DNA of 64,000 nt, taken from NCBI GenBank assembly GCA_041690395.1, contig JAWLHJ010000003.1, positions 480,001-544,000 on the forward strand, read 5' to 3'. The first letter of the stretch is position 1. Each line of letters opens with the position of its first letter. Below, piece by piece: positions 52,525 to 60,906 of this stretch. The stretch comes from Longimicrobiales bacterium (GTDB lineage: Bacteria > Gemmatimonadota > Gemmatimonadetes > Longimicrobiales > Gaopeijiaceae). The position numbers were made by a program, and so were the translations under genes. The notes below the pieces were generated by a model. That model was not told the DNA's origin. It was given only the letters and a program-made list of their open reading frames with translations, and did not search any database.

Positions 52525-52986
52525 ATGTTGCAGACGACGAAGGGGCGGAACCGGTGGGTGGGGAAGCTGGCGGCGGTGGCGTGCATCGCAGTGCTGGCCG
52601 GCGCGTGCGACGACGACCCGGTGGCACCGGATCCGGTCGTGTACGAGGGAGAAGTCGAGGGTGTGGGGGACTTCGGGGAGTTGAGCGGTGAGGTCGCCTT
52701 CGAGGTGACCGGCACGACGGTGGACGTCTCCGTGAGCCTCGCCGACTACCCGGACCAGGGTGACGGCTTCCCCTGGATCCTGCGCGAGGGGAGCTGCGCG
52801 ACGCCAGGAGACGCCCTGGGCGAGCTCGACGACTACCCGCTCATCGAGCTCGACGAGGAAGGCGTGTGGAGCGACGAGGTGACGGCGTCCATCGATGAAG
52901 AGGAGGACAGCTACGTCTTCGAGCTGCGCCGCTCCGCCGAGGACGACGCGACCGTCATCGCGTGCGGGGACCTCGCCCGCACGTGA
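52525..52986 (+). CDS. Acidic hypothetical lipoprotein
   Basis: AAGGAG SD, lipobox AGAC, WILREGSC and IACGDL motifs. Confidence 0.75.
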   Translation: MLQTTKGRNRWVGKLAAVACIAVLAGACDDDPVAPDPVVYEGEVEGVGDFGELSGEVAFEVTGTTVDVSVSLADYPDQGDGFPWILREGSCATPGDALGELDDYPLIELDEEGVWSDEVTASIDEEEDSYVFELRRSAEDDATVIACGDLART

Positions 52987-52997
52987 GCGCGGGGACG

Positions 52998-53026
52998 CGG
53001 CGCGGGAGGGAGATCCTCCCGCGCCG
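52998..53026 (+). terminator. 12-bp stem hairpin after the lipoprotein gene
   Basis: CGGCGCGGGAGG-GAGAT-CCTCCCGCGCCG. Confidence 0.6.
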
Positions 53027-53156
53027 GCGCTCCCTACGCCGGCACCGCCCCGATGGCACGGCGCTGCCGAACGTGACCGTGTCGCAACGCTGGCGCGTTC
53101 CCCGCAACACGGCTGCAGGGCCGTGCGCGGCCCCTTCCCATTCCAGGGGGTTCATC

Positions 53157-53579
53157 ATGACATGCGAGCTGTCCGAGACCGACCGCCGGTTCCGACGCGA
53201 CTTCGAAGCGGGCCTGGTCGAGCCTCACGAATTCGACCACATGGCTCACGTGCGCTTGGCGTACACGTACCTGGCCGAAGCCCCTCCCGACGCGGCAGCG
53301 GCCCGCATGCGGGCCGCCCTCTCGGACTTTCTTCGCCGTCACGGGCTTGGGCCCTCGAAGTACCACGAGACGCTGACGCGGGCATGGGTCCTCGCGGTTC
53401 GACACTTCATGGAAGCGTCTCCCGACACGCCCTCGGCCGACGGGTTCCTGGAAGCGAACCCTACCCTCCTGGACCGGGACGTCCTGCTCCGCCACTACTC
53501 CTCGAGCGTTCTTTCCTCGGAGCGCGCACGCGGCGAGTTCGTGGAACCCGACCTCGCGCCGATCCCCAGGTATCCCTGA
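53157..53579 (+). CDS. Conserved hypothetical protein
   Basis: FDHMAHVRLAY, KYHETLTRAW, HYS....S.RAR..FVEPD motifs; start at ATG 53157. Confidence 0.75.
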   Translation: MTCELSETDRRFRRDFEAGLVEPHEFDHMAHVRLAYTYLAEAPPDAAAARMRAALSDFLRRHGLGPSKYHETLTRAWVLAVRHFMEASPDTPSADGFLEANPTLLDRDVLLRHYSSSVLSSERARGEFVEPDLAPIPRYP

Positions 53580-53589
53580 CGCGGCGCTC

Positions 53590-54774
53590 CTACCCCACCC
53601 AGTGCTCCACAGGCTTCGCAAGGAACTCCTCCACGGGGATCCCGTCTCCGCCCACCACGAGCACGCGGTCAGCGTCGAACCGCCGGCGGAAGGACTCGAG
53701 GCCGGAGCGTCTGGCGGCCGCGCCGGTGCTCTTGACCTCGATCGCGGTCAGGGTGCGCCGGTGCTCCACCACGAAGTCCACCTCCTCGTCCCGGTCGCGC
53801 CAGTAGTACACGTCGCACGTGCCGCCGAGGGCCGCGTTGACCAGATGCGCGCCCACCGCCGACTCCACGAGCCGTCCCCACCACGCCTTGTCGGCCCGGG
53901 CCTCATCCGCATCATAGCCGGACTGGGCCGATACCAGCGCGGTGTTGAACACCTGGAGCTTGGGACTGGAGGCACGGCGCCGTACGTGCTCTCCGGCATA
54001 CTTCTGAAGGCCGGTGACCATTCCCGCTCGAGACAACAGGTCGAGGTAGTGGGCAAGCGTCGTGGTGTTTCCCGCATCCTGGAGTTGGCCGAGCATCTTG
54101 TTGTAGGACAGGATCTGGCCGGAATACCGGCAGCCCAGGTCGAAGAGCCTTCTCAGGAGGGCGGGCTTGTCGACACGGGTCAGCAGGAGCACATCCCGCG
54201 CGAGGGTGGTCTCGATGAGGGACTCCCGGATGTAGCGGGCCCAACGATCCGAGTCGTCGATGAGCGGCGCGGCGCCCGGATACCCTCCGAAGAAGACGTG
54301 CTGCTGGAAGCCCCAACCGAAGGCCTCGGCCATCTCCGTCATCCCCCAATGCGGGAGGTGGATGATCTCGAAGCGACCGGCCAAGCTCTCGGTCAGTCCC
54401 ATCTCGATCAGCCACGGAGCCGATCCGAGTAGGACCACCTTGAGCTTGCTCCCGGCGCCGGTATCCTCGTCCCAGAGTCGCTTCACCGACTCCGCCCACC
54501 CGGCGGCCTTCTGGACCTCGTCGATGACCAGCACCCCCGCACCACGGCCCGCCTCGAGACGGGCGGCGTGCCACTGCTCCGCGAGCCAACCCTCGCCCCG
54601 TAGCGTCGGCTCGTCGGCGGACGCGAAGCGGACGGGCACGCCGGTGCCACGGACGACCTGGCGGACCATGGTGGTCTTGCCCACCTGACGCGGGCCGGCT
54701 ACGACCTGGATGAACCGGCGCGGCTCCGCCAGGCGGCGGGCGAGGACTTCTGCCTGGGGACGTGTGTAGGTCAC
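53590..54774 (-). CDS. AAA+ ATPase with winged HTH and DUF4143-type PD-(D/E)XK domain
   Basis: GPRQVGKTT, IDEVQ, LGS, ESLAGR, GGYP, YLDLL, GRLVESAV, YWR...EVDFV....AIEVK. Confidence 0.9.
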   Translation of the reverse strand: MTYTRPQAEVLARRLAEPRRFIQVVAGPRQVGKTTMVRQVVRGTGVPVRFASADEPTLRGEGWLAEQWHAARLEAGRGAGVLVIDEVQKAAGWAESVKRLWDEDTGAGSKLKVVLLGSAPWLIEMGLTESLAGRFEIIHLPHWGMTEMAEAFGWGFQQHVFFGGYPGAAPLIDDSDRWARYIRESLIETTLARDVLLLTRVDKPALLRRLFDLGCRYSGQILSYNKMLGQLQDAGNTTTLAHYLDLLSRAGMVTGLQKYAGEHVRRRASSPKLQVFNTALVSAQSGYDADEARADKAWWGRLVESAVGAHLVNAALGGTCDVYYWRDRDEEVDFVVEHRRTLTAIEVKSTGAAARRSGLESFRRRFDADRVLVVGGDGIPVEEFLAKPVEHWVG

Positions 54775-54778
54775 AATT

Positions 54779-54818
54779 TACTCAGTATGGTGAGTAGTTT
54801 TACTCAATATGCTGAGTA
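54779..54818. promoter_or_regulatory. Tandem palindromic operator, 2 x TACTCA-N6-TGAGTA
   Basis: Boxes 54779-54796 and 54801-54818 (22-bp period), 4 nt from the GTG start at 54774. Confidence 0.8.
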
Positions 54819-54856
54819 CTACGGCCATGTCCAGTGACTCGTCCCGCCAGAAGATC

Positions 54857-57526
54857 CTACTCCTCCCGCAGCGCCTCCGTCGGCGCGATGCGCGTCGCCC
54901 GCAGCGCCGGCACGAGCGAGGCCGCCGTCCCGACCAGCAGGAGCCCCAGGGGGAGCACGGTGAACGTGACCGGATCGTTCTCCGAGACGCCGAACAGGAG
55001 CGAGGCCACCAACTCGCGGGCGAACCACGCCCCCGAGAGCCCGAGCAGGAGCCCCAGCACGACGGGCCGCACGCCCTCCCCGACGATCATGCGCGTGACG
55101 GCGTGCCGCCCGGCGCCCAGGGCCACGCGGATCCCGATCTCGCGGGTGCGACCGGCGACCGAGTACGACACGACGCCGTAGATACCCACGGCGGCGAGGA
55201 CGAGCGCGATCGCCGCGAACAGAACGAGGAGCGTGGTCACGAGCCGGGTGTCGGCATAGGCCGCGGTCACGGTCTCCTCGAGGGTGGTCACGTCATAGAG
55301 CGGGAGGTCGGCGTCGAAGTCCGCGACGGCACGGCGCACGGCCTCGTTCACGGTCTCCGGTCCGAGGGGGCTCCGCACGGCGACCTGATAGGTGCGGGGG
55401 AAGCCGTAGGCCGAGATCCCCGATTGGTGCGCCGGGAGATACACCTGCGGATTCGCGGCCTGGTCCACGCGGGTGTTCACCTGATCGGGGACGACGCCGA
55501 CCGCGGTGATCCACGTGGTCGCCGAGTCTCCCGTCGGATAGGCCCACCGCTTTCCGACGGCGCTCTCCCCGGGCCAGAAGGTCCGGGCCATGGTCTCGCT
55601 GACGATGCCCACCATGGCCCCGTCGGCGCGGTCGGCTTCGGTGAAGCCCCGCCCCTCCAGCACCGGGATCCCCAGGGCCTCGAAATAACCCGGGAGCACG
55701 AGGGCGATCTCCGCGCTCCAGGCCTGGTCCCCCTCCTCGCGAGGTGGACGGTCGTCGAGGAGGAAGTCCCACCGGGACGAGCTCCTCGAGTAGGGGAGCG
55801 CCGAGCTGGCGGCCACCGCGGTCACGCCCGGCAACGCCCGGAGGGACTCCACCATGCGGCCCATGTCCTCCGGCGCCTCGTCGTCCTCGGGATAGGACGC
55901 GGCCGGGAGGCTGACGGTGAACGTGAGGACGTTCTCCACCTCGAGTCCGGGATCGGCGGCGGTGAGCGCGGCCATGGTCCGGCCCATGAGCCCCGCCACG
56001 ATGACCACCACGAGCCCGAGGGCCACCTCACCCGTCACGAGCGCACGGCGCAACCTGGAGCGGGCGCGGCTCCCCGTGGACCGCGAGCCGGCCACGGCGA
56101 CCGACCGAGCGACCTTCCGACTCGCGAGGAGCGCCGGCGCCACGCCGAAGAGAAGGGTGGTCGCCACCGCCGCGGCCAGAGCGAAGAGGAGGACCGTGCC
56201 GTCCACCTGCACCTGGTCCAGCCGCGGAAGCGCGCCCGGATCCATGGCGATGAGCAGCCGCGTCCCGCCATACGCCAGAGCCAGGCCCAGCACGGCGCCA
56301 CCCGCCGCCAGAAGAAGCGACTCGGTCACCAGCTGCCGCGTGATGCGGCCGGCACCGGCCCCGAGGGCCGCCCGCACCGCCACCTCCGCGTGCCTGCGCT
56401 CACCCCGCGCCAGCAGGAGGTTGGCCACGTTGGCGCATCCGATGAGGAGGACCAACCCGACCGCGACCGAGAGGGAGAGCAGGATGCCCGGCGCGTCACC
56501 CAGCATATCCGCCTTCAGCGTCGCGGCCCAGGCGAAGTGAGCCACATTGTGCTCGAACTCCTGGGCCCATCGGTCTCCGATCAGGGTGAGCTCCGCGTCC
56601 AGGTCGGCCTGGGTCACCCCGGCTTGCCTGCGCCCCACCGCGCCCCACCCGTGGGCGCCCCGCCCGTAGCCCGACGCGGCCGCACGGTCGATCCCGAGGG
56701 GCAGATACGCTTCGGCCATCCCCGGAAACGCGAAGCCCCCGGGCATGACGCCCACCACCCGCGTGGCCTCACCGTTCACGTCGAGGGAGGTCCCGACCAC
56801 CTGCGGGTCGCCCCCGAACCGGCGCTGCCAGAGGTCGTGCCCCAACACGATGACCGGCGCCGCACCCGGGGTGTCGTCCTCGGCGGTGAACCACCGTCCG
56901 TGCAGGGGCGTCACGCCGAGAACGGGAAACATGTCCCGGGAGAAGAGCCCCACGGCCACGCGCTCGGCCTCGGCGCCGTCTCCGGTGAGCGTGCGGGTGG
57001 AGTTCGTCCACATCCCCAGGCGCTCGAAGCCTCGCACGCCCTCCTGGATGTCGTAGAACTCCGGCACCGAGAGGAAGAACTTCTCGATGTCGAAGCCGGA
57101 GGCCGGGAGGTACCGGGTCCAGACGATGGAGAGGCGGTCGGGCTCGGGATACGGTAGGGGCCGGAGCAGCACGGCGTTCAGGACGCTGAACACGGCCGTG
57201 CCCGCTCCGATGGCCACGGCGAGGGTCAGCACCGCGGTGGTCGCGAAGGCCGGCGCCCGGCGGAGCTGTCGCCATGCGAAGGCCAGGTTCTGCCGCGTCT
57301 CGTCCCAGAGGTGCCCTATCGTCGTCTTCATCTCCCGTCCCCTCCCCTGTTGGCGCATCCTCGCCTTCACCCGGTCCAGGTCCCCGAGGCGGCGCAGCGC
57401 CTCGGCCCGGGCGTCGTCTTCACTCCACCCCTGCCCGACCAGCTCCCTCACACGCATGTCCACGTGGAAGCGGAGCTCCTCCTCCACCTCCCGGTCCAGG
57501 GACGGACGCTCGATGCGCGGGTCCAC
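54857..57526 (-). CDS. Duplicated MacB/FtsX-type ABC permease (ADOP family) with N-terminal prefix domain
   Basis: EVEEELRFHVDMR..ARAEALRRLGD prefix; TLAVAIGAGTAVFS, LIGCANVANLLL, GIYGVVSYSV, REIGIRVALGA. Confidence 0.93.
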   Translation of the reverse strand: MDPRIERPSLDREVEEELRFHVDMRVRELVGQGWSEDDARAEALRRLGDLDRVKARMRQQGRGREMKTTIGHLWDETRQNLAFAWRQLRRAPAFATTAVLTLAVAIGAGTAVFSVLNAVLLRPLPYPEPDRLSIVWTRYLPASGFDIEKFFLSVPEFYDIQEGVRGFERLGMWTNSTRTLTGDGAEAERVAVGLFSRDMFPVLGVTPLHGRWFTAEDDTPGAAPVIVLGHDLWQRRFGGDPQVVGTSLDVNGEATRVVGVMPGGFAFPGMAEAYLPLGIDRAAASGYGRGAHGWGAVGRRQAGVTQADLDAELTLIGDRWAQEFEHNVAHFAWAATLKADMLGDAPGILLSLSVAVGLVLLIGCANVANLLLARGERRHAEVAVRAALGAGAGRITRQLVTESLLLAAGGAVLGLALAYGGTRLLIAMDPGALPRLDQVQVDGTVLLFALAAAVATTLLFGVAPALLASRKVARSVAVAGSRSTGSRARSRLRRALVTGEVALGLVVVIVAGLMGRTMAALTAADPGLEVENVLTFTVSLPAASYPEDDEAPEDMGRMVESLRALPGVTAVAASSALPYSRSSSRWDFLLDDRPPREEGDQAWSAEIALVLPGYFEALGIPVLEGRGFTEADRADGAMVGIVSETMARTFWPGESAVGKRWAYPTGDSATTWITAVGVVPDQVNTRVDQAANPQVYLPAHQSGISAYGFPRTYQVAVRSPLGPETVNEAVRRAVADFDADLPLYDVTTLEETVTAAYADTRLVTTLLVLFAAIALVLAAVGIYGVVSYSVAGRTREIGIRVALGAGRHAVTRMIVGEGVRPVVLGLLLGLSGAWFARELVASLLFGVSENDPVTFTVLPLGLLLVGTAASLVPALRATRIAPTEALREE

Positions 57527-57538
57527 GACCGGTCTCCG

Positions 57539-57874
57539 TCAGCCTGTTCCGAGCACCCGGCTCACCGCGCCCGAGAACGACGCCCACGCCTCGATCTCGG
57601 CCTCCAGACGGGCCCGCCCCTTGCGGGTAAGGTGGTAGAACTTCGCTCGGCGCTCGAGCTCGGAGACGCCCCACTCGGAGCGGAGAAGGCCCTTCTTCTC
57701 CATCCGATACAGGGCCGGGTAGAGCGAGCCCTCCTCCACCCTGAGCGCCTCGTCGGTCTCCTCCTCCAGCCAGCGGGCGATGGCGTAGCCGTGGCGAGGT
57801 CCGTGAGAGAGCGTCTTCAGGATGAGCGTGTCCAGCGTCCCGTGCAGGAGCTGGTTCCGTTCCCGCGGCGTCAT
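57539..57874 (-). CDS. PadR-family transcriptional regulator (acidobacterial type)
   Basis: LLHGTLDTLILKTL, HGYAIA, EEGSLYPALYRME, WGVSE..RRAKFY. Confidence 0.94.
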   Translation of the reverse strand: MTPRERNQLLHGTLDTLILKTLSHGPRHGYAIARWLEEETDEALRVEEGSLYPALYRMEKKGLLRSEWGVSELERRAKFYHLTRKGRARLEAEIEAWASFSGAVSRVLGTG

Positions 57875-57887
57875 GGCGGCTCCGTTA

Positions 57888-57935
57888 CCTAGGTTATCTA
57901 GGCTATAGACTAGACTGTCTAGGCATCGGGGTCAA
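57888..57935 (-). promoter_or_regulatory. sigma70 promoter overlapped by two CTAG-N5-CTAG operator boxes
   Basis: Minus strand TTGACC-N17-TAGTCT (57935-57907); boxes CCTAGGTTATCTAGG (57888-57902) and ACTAGACTGTCTAGG (57909-57923). Confidence 0.8.
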
Positions 57936-57981
57936 GTTTGACGGATTGCACCCAGTGAAGTGCCGGGGCCGACCCGACGGC

Positions 57982-58000
57982 CGGCCCCGGTCCGGGGCCG
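57982..58000 (-). terminator. GC palindrome at the end of the DUF3618-type operon
   Basis: CGGCCCCGG-T-CCGGGGCCG with flanking GACCCG/CGGGTC. Confidence 0.4.
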
Positions 58001-58007
58001 TCGCGGG

Positions 58008-58856
58008 TCAGTCCGTGAGCCGCTCGTCGGTGCGCTCGCTCGACGGTGCGCCCTGCTTCACCTCCCGGGTCACATCCTCGGCCAGGGATCCGGCTTCGTC
58101 CTTCACCACGTCCGCGGCCGCACCCATGGCTTCATCCTCCCACCTGCTCGTGGGCGCGGCGAGTCCACTCGCCAGTCCCAGGCCGAACGCGACCGCACCC
58201 AGCGCCAGAGGCTGCTCGTCCATCGCGGATCGCAGACCGTGCCTGGCTTTCTCCACACCGCGCCTGGCGCCTTTCCGTGCCCGGGCCGCCGCATGCCGGG
58301 CCCGCTCCGCCGTCTCGCCCGCTCCGTCGCCTTCCTCGGTGCCGTACCAGGCGGGGGCTTCGCCGTTGCCGGAATCGTCCTCGTCCGACGATCCGAAGCT
58401 GTCCTTGGCGTCGGCCAGCATCCCTTTGGCCTTCTCGGCCACTTCCGACGCCTTCTGTTTCGCCTTGTCCATGGAGGACGGCTCTGGCGACTTGTGGGCC
58501 GTATCGCCCCGATAGGGCCCTACGCGTCCCTCGGCGCGCCCATAGGTCCCCGGACCGACCCCACCATCCCGGGCATCCTCCCGATCCGAGCCCGTGACGC
58601 TGTCGACGGCCAACCACGCGACACCGAGTCCCATCAGGGCCAGCGGGACCGGATGGTCACGGATCGTGTGCCCGAGGTTCGAGACCGCGTCGCCCGCCGC
58701 CCGACGTCCGCCGACACGTCCCCACACCTCGTCGACGACCTGACCCAGCGAGAGCTTCCGCTCGAGGGCCGTGACCGTGTCGCGCAGCTCCGTACGCGTC
58801 CCCTCTATGTCGCGCCGGATCTCGTCGGAGCTCCGGTGAGTCTGTCGCTCAGCCAT
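58008..58856 (-). CDS. DUF3618-domain protein
   Basis: SSDEIRRDIEGTRTELRDTVTALERKLS; HPVPLALMGLG; QPLALGAVAFGLG..APTSRWED. Confidence 0.8.
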   Translation of the reverse strand: MAERQTHRSSDEIRRDIEGTRTELRDTVTALERKLSLGQVVDEVWGRVGGRRAAGDAVSNLGHTIRDHPVPLALMGLGVAWLAVDSVTGSDREDARDGGVGPGTYGRAEGRVGPYRGDTAHKSPEPSSMDKAKQKASEVAEKAKGMLADAKDSFGSSDEDDSGNGEAPAWYGTEEGDGAGETAERARHAAARARKGARRGVEKARHGLRSAMDEQPLALGAVAFGLGLASGLAAPTSRWEDEAMGAAADVVKDEAGSLAEDVTREVKQGAPSSERTDERLTD

Positions 58857-59337
58857 GCCGTACCTCCCGTACCTGCTGCTGGACCCAGTTCTTCTCCTCG
58901 CGGAGTGTCCGCATCGTCTGGGTCGGAGTGAGCCCCTCGCGCTTCATCTCGCTCTGCGCGTTGCGGGTCATGCCCCAACCGGTCACCCCGGCGACCAGCG
59001 CGAGAATCAGTGGCGCCATCCAGACCGCCACCTCCGCGGTCATGAACTGGCCCAGAAGGACGGTGAGGCCACGATTCACCGCGACGAGCAGGACGAAGAA
59101 GGCACCGAGTAGCATGGCGCCCCCCACCACCATCTTCACCGTATTGCGCTCGTAGACCTCCATCTTCTCCCGGAGCTCGGCCTTGGCGAGTTGGACCTCT
59201 TCTCGAATGAGGCGGCCACCTTCGTCACCCAGCTCCTTGATGAGACTCCCGAGGGATCGATCGTCGACGGGTCGGAGATACGGTTGCGTCTCACCGTTAC
59301 CGGTGCTGACCGGGGTCCGATCCTGGGGGCGTGCCAT
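58849..59337 (-). CDS. Phage-holin-like (YhjD/DUF1469-type) membrane protein
   Basis: RSLGSLIKEL, LIREEVQLAKAELRE, two TM helices, PTQTMRTLREE; ATG at 59337. Confidence 0.8.
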   Translation of the reverse strand: MARPQDRTPVSTGNGETQPYLRPVDDRSLGSLIKELGDEGGRLIREEVQLAKAELREKMEVYERNTVKMVVGGAMLLGAFFVLLVAVNRGLTVLLGQFMTAEVAVWMAPLILALVAGVTGWGMTRNAQSEMKREGLTPTQTMRTLREEKNWVQQQVREVRHG

Positions 59338-59831
59338 CAGCGCCTCCCCTCGTACAGAGGTGACGACGGATACTCGTCCCACAAGCTGGCTCCATCGGGA
59401 CCGCCGTTCCGTCGGTCAGGTCCCTCCTCGGGACGAGACGAGCGGAGGAAGCGACCGGCCGCGACTCCGGCGGCGAACGACGTCCCGAGGAACGTTCCCG
59501 GATTCTTCCGGGCCATGTCCTCGAGGTCCGCCAGCATCGCGGGCGCGTCTTCGTCATGGAGATACTGGGTCACGCGCTCGAGCTGACCGGCTGCCCGTCG
59601 GGTGTAGTCGGCGAGCCAGTCCTGGCCTTCGCCTTCGAGGTCCTCGGCCGCGAGCCTCATCGCGTGCCCGACCGACTCCAGTCCGTCCGCGAGCTTGGTC
59701 GATCGACGATCGATCGCGCCCTCGGCGGCCTGCTTGACCTGGTCGGCGACCTCCCTGCCCTGGACCTTCAGGTCTCTCACCTCGTCCTTCACCATCGCTT
59801 TGGCTCGGTCGGGTGGGTGCTGATCTGCCAT
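59337..59831 (-). CDS. Helical hypothetical protein with C-terminal membrane anchor (ElaB/YqjD-like tail)
   Basis: DLEDMARKNPGTFLGTSFAAGVAAGRFLRSS; GGAGG before ATG 59831. Confidence 0.75.
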   Translation of the reverse strand: MADQHPPDRAKAMVKDEVRDLKVQGREVADQVKQAAEGAIDRRSTKLADGLESVGHAMRLAAEDLEGEGQDWLADYTRRAAGQLERVTQYLHDEDAPAMLADLEDMARKNPGTFLGTSFAAGVAAGRFLRSSRPEEGPDRRNGGPDGASLWDEYPSSPLYEGRR

Positions 59832-60059
59832 GGGACCCTCCTGGTTCGCATCGATTTTTTGAAGCGCGTGGGAGCTACGTAGCGCAAGAAGGGGACCATG
59901 CATCGGACGGGTTCCGGACTCGGGTTTCGGCGAGGGAACGGCAGTGCGAAGCGTTCGAGGGACGCGACGAGTGGACCCCCGACTGTACCGCGCATGCACC
60001 ACTCCCCGGAGCCCGACGACGCCTCGACCGAGCTCGGGTGGGGGTCTGGACGAGCGAGA

Positions 60060-60089
60060 CCCCGGTCGAGGGCATCGCCTCGACCGGGG
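60060..60089 (-). terminator. 12-bp stem hairpin downstream of the lipoprotein gene
   Basis: CCCCGGTCGAGG-GCATCG-CCTCGACCGGGG, 12 nt after the stop at 60102. Confidence 0.6.
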
Positions 60090-60101
60090 CCTCCTCCGTC
60101 T

Positions 60102-60800
60102 CTAGTGGGCGTGGGCCGCGCCCTGATGGTGGGCGCAGGTGGCGTTCGGGTTGAACTGGGCGAACATCCCCCGAGGATTCTCCCGGTACAGCCACACGTG
60201 GAGGTCGTAGTGCGGCTCGAACATGTGCGCCTCGTCCAGAGCGGTGGCGGGATCGTCCGCCATGAGGTTGTACGGCACCCCCTGGAAGGACGGACGCTCA
60301 TGGTTGCCGGCCGCCTCCCAGGCCTCGATGAACACGAGGTTCTCCACCGCCACGAGCTCCCGGGAGCCGTCGGCCTGAGGCTCGTAGATGAGGATCGAGG
60401 GCCGCAAGAAGTCCGTGTGCGTTCCGGTCCCGCTCACACGTGGGTTGGGAGGGCCTGACACGCCGAGGAGGTCCGGGCGGAAGTAGTGGATGCCCATGAC
60501 CCCGTCCTCGGCGGGCCGGCCCATCATCTCGGCTGTGTCACACAGGTCCATGGGGTCCGGCACGTACCCCTCGGCCAGGGCGACCTGGACGTCGCGGAAG
60601 CGGAGGGTGGCCTCCCGCACGGCCTCCAGGCTCGGATCGGCGGTGGGACGAGCAGCCGCTTCCGGGGCATCCGCCGCGAGTCCGGAGCGGGACAGTTCCG
60701 GCTCTCGCGCATCGGAAGGCGTGCAGGCAGCGAGCGCCGTGAGGGCGAGGAGCACACGGCCCACCGGCATGATGAATCGAGATGTGGTGTTGCTGTTCAT
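60102..60800 (-). CDS. Uncharacterised His/Met-rich lipoprotein
   Basis: GGAGG SD, lipobox LAAC; MGIHY, PSILIYEP, LVAVE, HYDLHVW..NP.G.F..FNP...C, His-rich tail. Confidence 0.85.
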   Translation of the reverse strand: MNSNTTSRFIMPVGRVLLALTALAACTPSDAREPELSRSGLAADAPEAAARPTADPSLEAVREATLRFRDVQVALAEGYVPDPMDLCDTAEMMGRPAEDGVMGIHYFRPDLLGVSGPPNPRVSGTGTHTDFLRPSILIYEPQADGSRELVAVENLVFIEAWEAAGNHERPSFQGVPYNLMADDPATALDEAHMFEPHYDLHVWLYRENPRGMFAQFNPNATCAHHQGAAHAH

Positions 60801-60862
60801 GGAATCCTCCCATGTCGTCTATATGGATGTCGTACCGGGCCCCTGCCCGCGCACGTGACTCG

Positions 60863-60906
60863 ATGCTAGAAGGGAGGCGGTTACAGCCCGATTACTGGGG
60901 GATTAC
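60863..60906 (-). promoter_or_regulatory. SARP-type activator site: three heptamers at 11-bp period followed by a -10 box
   Basis: Minus strand GTAATCC-N4-GTAATCG-N4-GTAACCG-N9-TAGCAT; no -35 consensus. Confidence 0.75.

Noticed and set aside
53054..53106. sigma54-like boxes upstream of the 53157 gene
   Set aside because: First (TGGCACG) has wrong spacing; second (TGGCGCG-N4-CCGCA) has a poor -12 match
49100..54830. Horizontally acquired island next to the tRNA (codon usage looks slightly less GC-biased)
   Set aside because: Impression only; region lies on the tRNA 5' side, with no att repeats or mobility genes; needs a computed GC3 profile
58849..59337. Prophage suggested by a holin-like protein
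   Set aside because: No phage structural, lysis or integrase genes nearby; this family usually occurs in non-phage operons
60812..60833. ATGTCGT direct repeat in the lipoprotein leader
   Set aside because: Only two 7-mers at 15-bp period; not distinguishable from chance
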